From Candidatus Fraserbacteria bacterium (lineage in GTDB: Bacteria > Bipolaricaulota > Bipolaricaulia > RBG-16-55-9): 32,871 nt of DNA. Positions 29,369 to 32,871 of the stretch are shown here, one piece after another. Every line of letters begins with the position of its first letter. Position 1 is the first letter of the stretch. The stretch spans positions 1-32,871 of the forward strand of contig JBBIOR010000019.1 of assembly GCA_037443265.1 (NCBI GenBank). Reading direction: 5' to 3'. Under the pieces are notes generated by a model. It was not told the DNA's origin and ran no database searches. It worked only from the letters and a program-made list of their open reading frames with translations. Position numbers and translations under genes: made by a program.

Positions 29369-31393
29369 ATGAGCATGCACCCCCGAGGAATGAAGGCCAC
29401 CCACACGGAGGAGCGCTTCCGGCTCGTCTCAAGCCTTCGGCCCAGAGGCGACCAGCCCAGGGCCATTCGCGCACTGACAGAGGGCCTCGAAGCCGGTCTG
29501 AGATACCAGATGCTTCTAGGCGTCACCGGCAGCGGAAAGACCTTCACCATCGCCAACGTCATCCAGAACGCTGGGCGCCCCACCCTCGTCATCTCTCACA
29601 ACAAGACTTTAGCCGCCCAGCTGTGCCACGAGTTTAGAGAGTTCTTCCCCGAAAACGCCGTGCACTACTTCGTCAGCTATTATGATTATTACCAGCCTGA
29701 GGCGTATATCCCGCAGACGGACACGTATATCGAAAAGGACGCCTCCATCAACGACGAGATAGATCGCTTAAGACACGCGGCCACCAGTGCCCTCTTGGAA
29801 CGGCGGGATGTGATCATCGTGGCCAGCGTCTCGTGCATCTACGGCCTGGGCACCCCGGAAGACTATCAGGCCATGACGCTCACCCTCCGGCGCGGTGAGG
29901 TACAAGAGCGCGACGAGATCTTGAGGCGTCTTGTAGAGCTGCAATATGAGCGCAACGACATCGGCTTTGGCCGCGGGACTTTTCGAGTGCGCGGCGATAC
30001 CCTGGAGCTCATCCCAGCTTATAACGAGAACGTCATCCGCATCGAGTTCTTCGACGACGAGATCGAAGAGATCACGGAGCTCGATGCCATCACAGGCAAG
30101 CTCTTGGGTGAACGCGCGCAGATCACGATCTATCCGGCGAGTCATTTCATCACCCCCCAAGAGAAGCTTAAGCGGGCTATCTCGGCCATCGAGGCCGAAC
30201 TGGAAGAACGCCTCGAATACTTCCGTAAGCGCGGCAAATGGCTCGAAGCTCAGAGATTGGAGCAGCGCACGCGCTATGATCTGGAGATGCTGCGCGAGCT
30301 GGGCTACTGCCACGGCATTGAGAATTATGCCCGGCATCTCTCGGGACGTCCGGCGGGCTCGCGCCCTTATACTCTCATTGATTATTTCCCAAAAGATTTT
30401 TTGATGATCATCGATGAGTCACATCAGACTATCCCGCAACTCCACGGCATGTACAACGGCGACCGCTCTCGAAAGGAGACGCTCATCGAGTACGGCTTCC
30501 GCTTGCCTTCAGCGGCCGACAACCGCCCGCTCAAATTTGAAGAATTCGAGTCGCTCGTCCATCAAGCCATCTTCATGTCGGCCACACCCGGCCCCTATGA
30601 ACTCCAAAAGAGCCAGAGGATCGTAGAGCAGATCGTGCGCCCTACGGGTCTGGTCGACCCTGAAGTGATTGTACGCCCGGTGAAAGGCCAGATCGACGAT
30701 CTCATCGGCGAAATCCGCGAGGCAGTGGAGCGAGGCGAGCGCGTGCTCATCACCACCCTCACGAAGAAGATGGCCGAAGATCTTACAGATTATCTCATCG
30801 AGCTGGGCATTAAAGCACGCTATCTGCATTCCGACATTGAGACGCTGGAGCGCGTGGATATCTTGAGGGATTTGAGGCTGGGCGAGTTCGACGTGCTGGT
30901 GGGCATCAATCTGCTTAGGGAAGGGCTCGATCTGCCCGAGGTTTCGCTGGTGGCCATTCTCGATGCGGACAAGGAGGGCTTCTTGCGCTCGGAGACTTCT
31001 TTGATTCAGACGATTGGGCGGGCGGCCCGTCACGTGCGCGGCCGAGTCATCCTCTATGCGGATGAGATGACAGGCTCGATGGAGCGGGCGCTTGAGGAGA
31101 CGGCGCGGCGCAGGAGAATTCAGCTGGAGTACAACGAGAGGCACGGCATCACGCCGGAGACAATCAAGAAGGCTATCAAGGAGTTCATGCCGGAGCTTGG
31201 GCGCGAGAAGAGAACCAAAGCGAAGAGGTCGGAAAGGCTCTCGCTCAAGGAGCTGGCGGATTTAATTAAAGAGCTGGAGGCAGAGATGTTTGCGGCCGCC
31301 AAGCGGCTGGAGTTCGAAAGAGCCGCCAAGCTCCGTGATGAGATCCAAGAGCTGCGCAAAGGGCTCTTGGAGTCTCCAGCGGGCGTAGGTTGA
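29369..31393 (+). CDS. uvrB: excinuclease ABC subunit B
   Basis: [39 protein letters not shown]-terminal UVR domain. Start among ATG 29369/29375/29390. Confidence 0.98.
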   Translation: MSMHPRGMKATHTEERFRLVSSLRPRGDQPRAIRALTEGLEAGLRYQMLLGVTGSGKTFTIANVIQNAGRPTLVISHNKTLAAQLCHEFREFFPENAVHYFVSYYDYYQPEAYIPQTDTYIEKDASINDEIDRLRHAATSALLERRDVIIVASVSCIYGLGTPEDYQAMTLTLRRGEVQERDEILRRLVELQYERNDIGFGRGTFRVRGDTLELIPAYNENVIRIEFFDDEIEEITELDAITGKLLGERAQITIYPASHFITPQEKLKRAISAIEAELEERLEYFRKRGKWLEAQRLEQRTRYDLEMLRELGYCHGIENYARHLSGRPAGSRPYTLIDYFPKDFLMIIDESHQTIPQLHGMYNGDRSRKETLIEYGFRLPSAADNRPLKFEEFESLVHQAIFMSATPGPYELQKSQRIVEQIVRPTGLVDPEVIVRPVKGQIDDLIGEIREAVERGERVLITTLTKKMAEDLTDYLIELGIKARYLHSDIETLERVDILRDLRLGEFDVLVGINLLREGLDLPEVSLVAILDADKEGFLRSETSLIQTIGRAARHVRGRVILYADEMTGSMERALEETARRRRIQLEYNERHGITPETIKKAIKEFMPELGREKRTKAKRSERLSLKELADLIKELEAEMFAAAKRLEFERAAKLRDEIQELRKGLLESPAGVG

Positions 31394-31404
31394 TGCTTTC
31401 AAAC

Positions 31405-31433
31405 TTGCAGTCGCCGGCGCCAAGCCCTATGCT
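31405..31433 (+). promoter_or_regulatory. promoter of the MNT-HEPN pair, probably leaderless
   Basis: TTGCAG-17-TATGCT, with ATG 31441 seven nt downstream and no SD. Confidence 0.55.
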
Positions 31434-31440
31434 TTCAAAG

Positions 31441-31797
31441 ATGATCAACAAATTTTCAACGGAGCTTCTCGACCGGGTTCTAGCCGAAGACCGGCAGAGG
31501 CAGGAGCAGAGAAGACAGGAGGCACTCGCCCGAATCATCGAGGCTTTAGAGGAACTCTCCAGCCGGTTCCCCTTTGATGAAGCCTATATCTTCGGCTCTT
31601 TAGTCAAGCCCTATCGGTTCTTTGAGGGTTCGGACATGGACATTGCCTTTGTCGGCTTAGCCGATGAGCACTTCTTCAAAGCCGCAGCTTTTCTCTCACA
31701 GGCCGTTGATCTGGACGTGGACGTCCTCGAGCTGGAAGGGCACCCTCTGAAAGCGCAGATCCTCAAAGAGGGACTCCGGTGGAAGAGGGAAAGCTAA
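31441..31797 (+). CDS. minimal nucleotidyltransferase (MNT/MntA-like antitoxin)
   Basis: YIFGS-x11-DMD, VDV, immediately upstream of a HEPN gene. Confidence 0.88.
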   Translation: MINKFSTELLDRVLAEDRQRQEQRRQEALARIIEALEELSSRFPFDEAYIFGSLVKPYRFFEGSDMDIAFVGLADEHFFKAAAFLSQAVDLDVDVLELEGHPLKAQILKEGLRWKRES

Positions 31798-32237
31798 GCA
31801 TCCTGAGGTCGGCCCTAGAGGCTCAGCGCCAGGAGATCGAGCGCATCTATGCCAAGATCGAGCAGAGAAGGGGCAAAGCAGATCCCGCTTATCTAGAGAG
31901 CCTGGCCTATCAGCTCCATAATCTCTACTCGGCTTTTGAGGATCTATTCAAGATCATTGCGGACACCTTCGAGAACCGCGTCGAGGAACGGGCACGCTAT
32001 CACCGGGAGCTGCTCCGGCGCATGAAGATCCCTCTTGAGGGGATCAGGCCCGCGCTGCTCTCAGAAGAGAGCTATACCCTGCTCGATTCACTGAGGGCCT
32101 TTCGACATTTCTTCCGCCACGCCTACGGGGTAGAGCTTGACCCCAAAAAGATAAGGATCGTACTGGAAGACGCCTTAGAGCTTAGAAGGCTCTACTCTAA
32201 AGAGCTGGAGCGCTTTCTGGAGCAGCTCAGGCCCTAG
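31779..32237 (+). CDS. HEPN RNase toxin (HepT-like)
   Basis: LHNLYSAFEDLF and R-x4-H-x-Y motif RHFFRHAY. Overlaps the MNT stop. Confidence 0.88.
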   Translation: MEEGKLSILRSALEAQRQEIERIYAKIEQRRGKADPAYLESLAYQLHNLYSAFEDLFKIIADTFENRVEERARYHRELLRRMKIPLEGIRPALLSEESYTLLDSLRAFRHFFRHAYGVELDPKKIRIVLEDALELRRLYSKELERFLEQLRP

Positions 32238-32240
32238 ATT

Positions 32241-32871
32241 TTACTGCGCCAGTCGTTCGAGCTCTTCCCGGCGGAGGAGGACAAACTGTCGACCTTTGCG
32301 CTTGATGATGCCCCTCTGCTTGAGGGGCCGCAGCAGAGTGGATACGGTCTCGGGAATGGTTCCGATCCGCTCGGCGAGTTCTTCGTTCGTCAAGAGCCTC
32401 ATGATCTTCATCGATCCATCATCTCCAGCTTTCCCATAGTGATCGACCAGGTTCAAGAGTTCCCGCGCGAGCCGTTGGGGCAACGATAACTCGATCAATC
32501 CCATAATCTTGCTCAGCAATTGAGTCCCGTATTCGGCCAGCTTTTGCACCACCGCTTGGGAGAAGGGCTTTGATTCTTTCAAAAGTTGAACAAGCTCCTG
32601 TCGAGGTATCCCGATGAGGAGGGCATCTTGGAGAACGCACGCGGAAGTGATGTAACTCTGGTGGTGGGCGAGTATTTCCACTATGCCAAAGATATCGCCG
32701 GCGCGCAGTGTCAGCAAGCATAGCGCTCCCCCGCGCCTGATGCGTTTGAAGAGCTTAACCTCTCCCTCCAATAGGAAGAAACACTCCAGGGCTGAGTCTC
32801 CCTCTTCATAGATGCAGCTACCCGTTGACCGACGGATCACTCTTACGATGTTCTGGAGTTTTCGGATCAGT
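32241..32871 (-). CDS. Crp/Fnr family regulator, partial (5' end probably beyond window)
   Basis: IYEEGD, LLEGEVKL, GDIFG, HTH TNEELAERIGTIPETVS. Frame stays open to the window edge (LIRKLQNIVRV...). Confidence 0.88.
   Translation of the reverse strand, partial: LIRKLQNIVRVIRRSTGSCIYEEGDSALECFFLLEGEVKLFKRIRRGGALCLLTLRAGDIFGIVEILAHHQSYITSACVLQDALLIGIPRQELVQLLKESKPFSQAVVQKLAEYGTQLLSKIMGLIELSLPQRLARELLNLVDHYGKAGDDGSMKIMRLLTNEELAERIGTIPETVSTLLRPLKQRGIIKRKGRQFVLLRREELERLAQ

Overview
GC-rich bacterial chromosomal window with no phage, IS or CRISPR. It holds a solitary, divergent 16S rRNA gene (~4853-6407) with its own promoter and boxA, and no linked tRNA, 23S or 5S. The rRNA and gene content suggest a deep-branching, possibly thermophilic lineage such as Bipolaricaulota/Acetothermia (inference only). 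Left part: a partial Crp/Fnr-like gene missing from the ORF track, tlyA, a DEAD-box helicase, a class I/II aminotransferase and an internally deleted D-Ala-D-Ala-ligase-like gene divergent from the 16S promoter. Middle: a SurA/PpiC-TPR fusion plus a secreted propeller-like protein, a full Opp/Dpp-type ABC operon with two accessory membrane genes, a divergent pair of secreted beta-propeller proteins, and two tandem Opp A-B-C modules without ATPases. Right part: a Crp/Fnr regulator, yidD, uvrB, an MNT-HEPN toxin-antitoxin pair and another partial Crp/Fnr gene. Most notable: the Ddl-like probable pseudoenzyme, non-nested leader/trailer complementarity around the 16S, a covarying central pseudoknot that escapes primer 27F, Cys-rich insertions in one permease pair, and a 68-bp identical tract shared by two diverged oppC paralogs.
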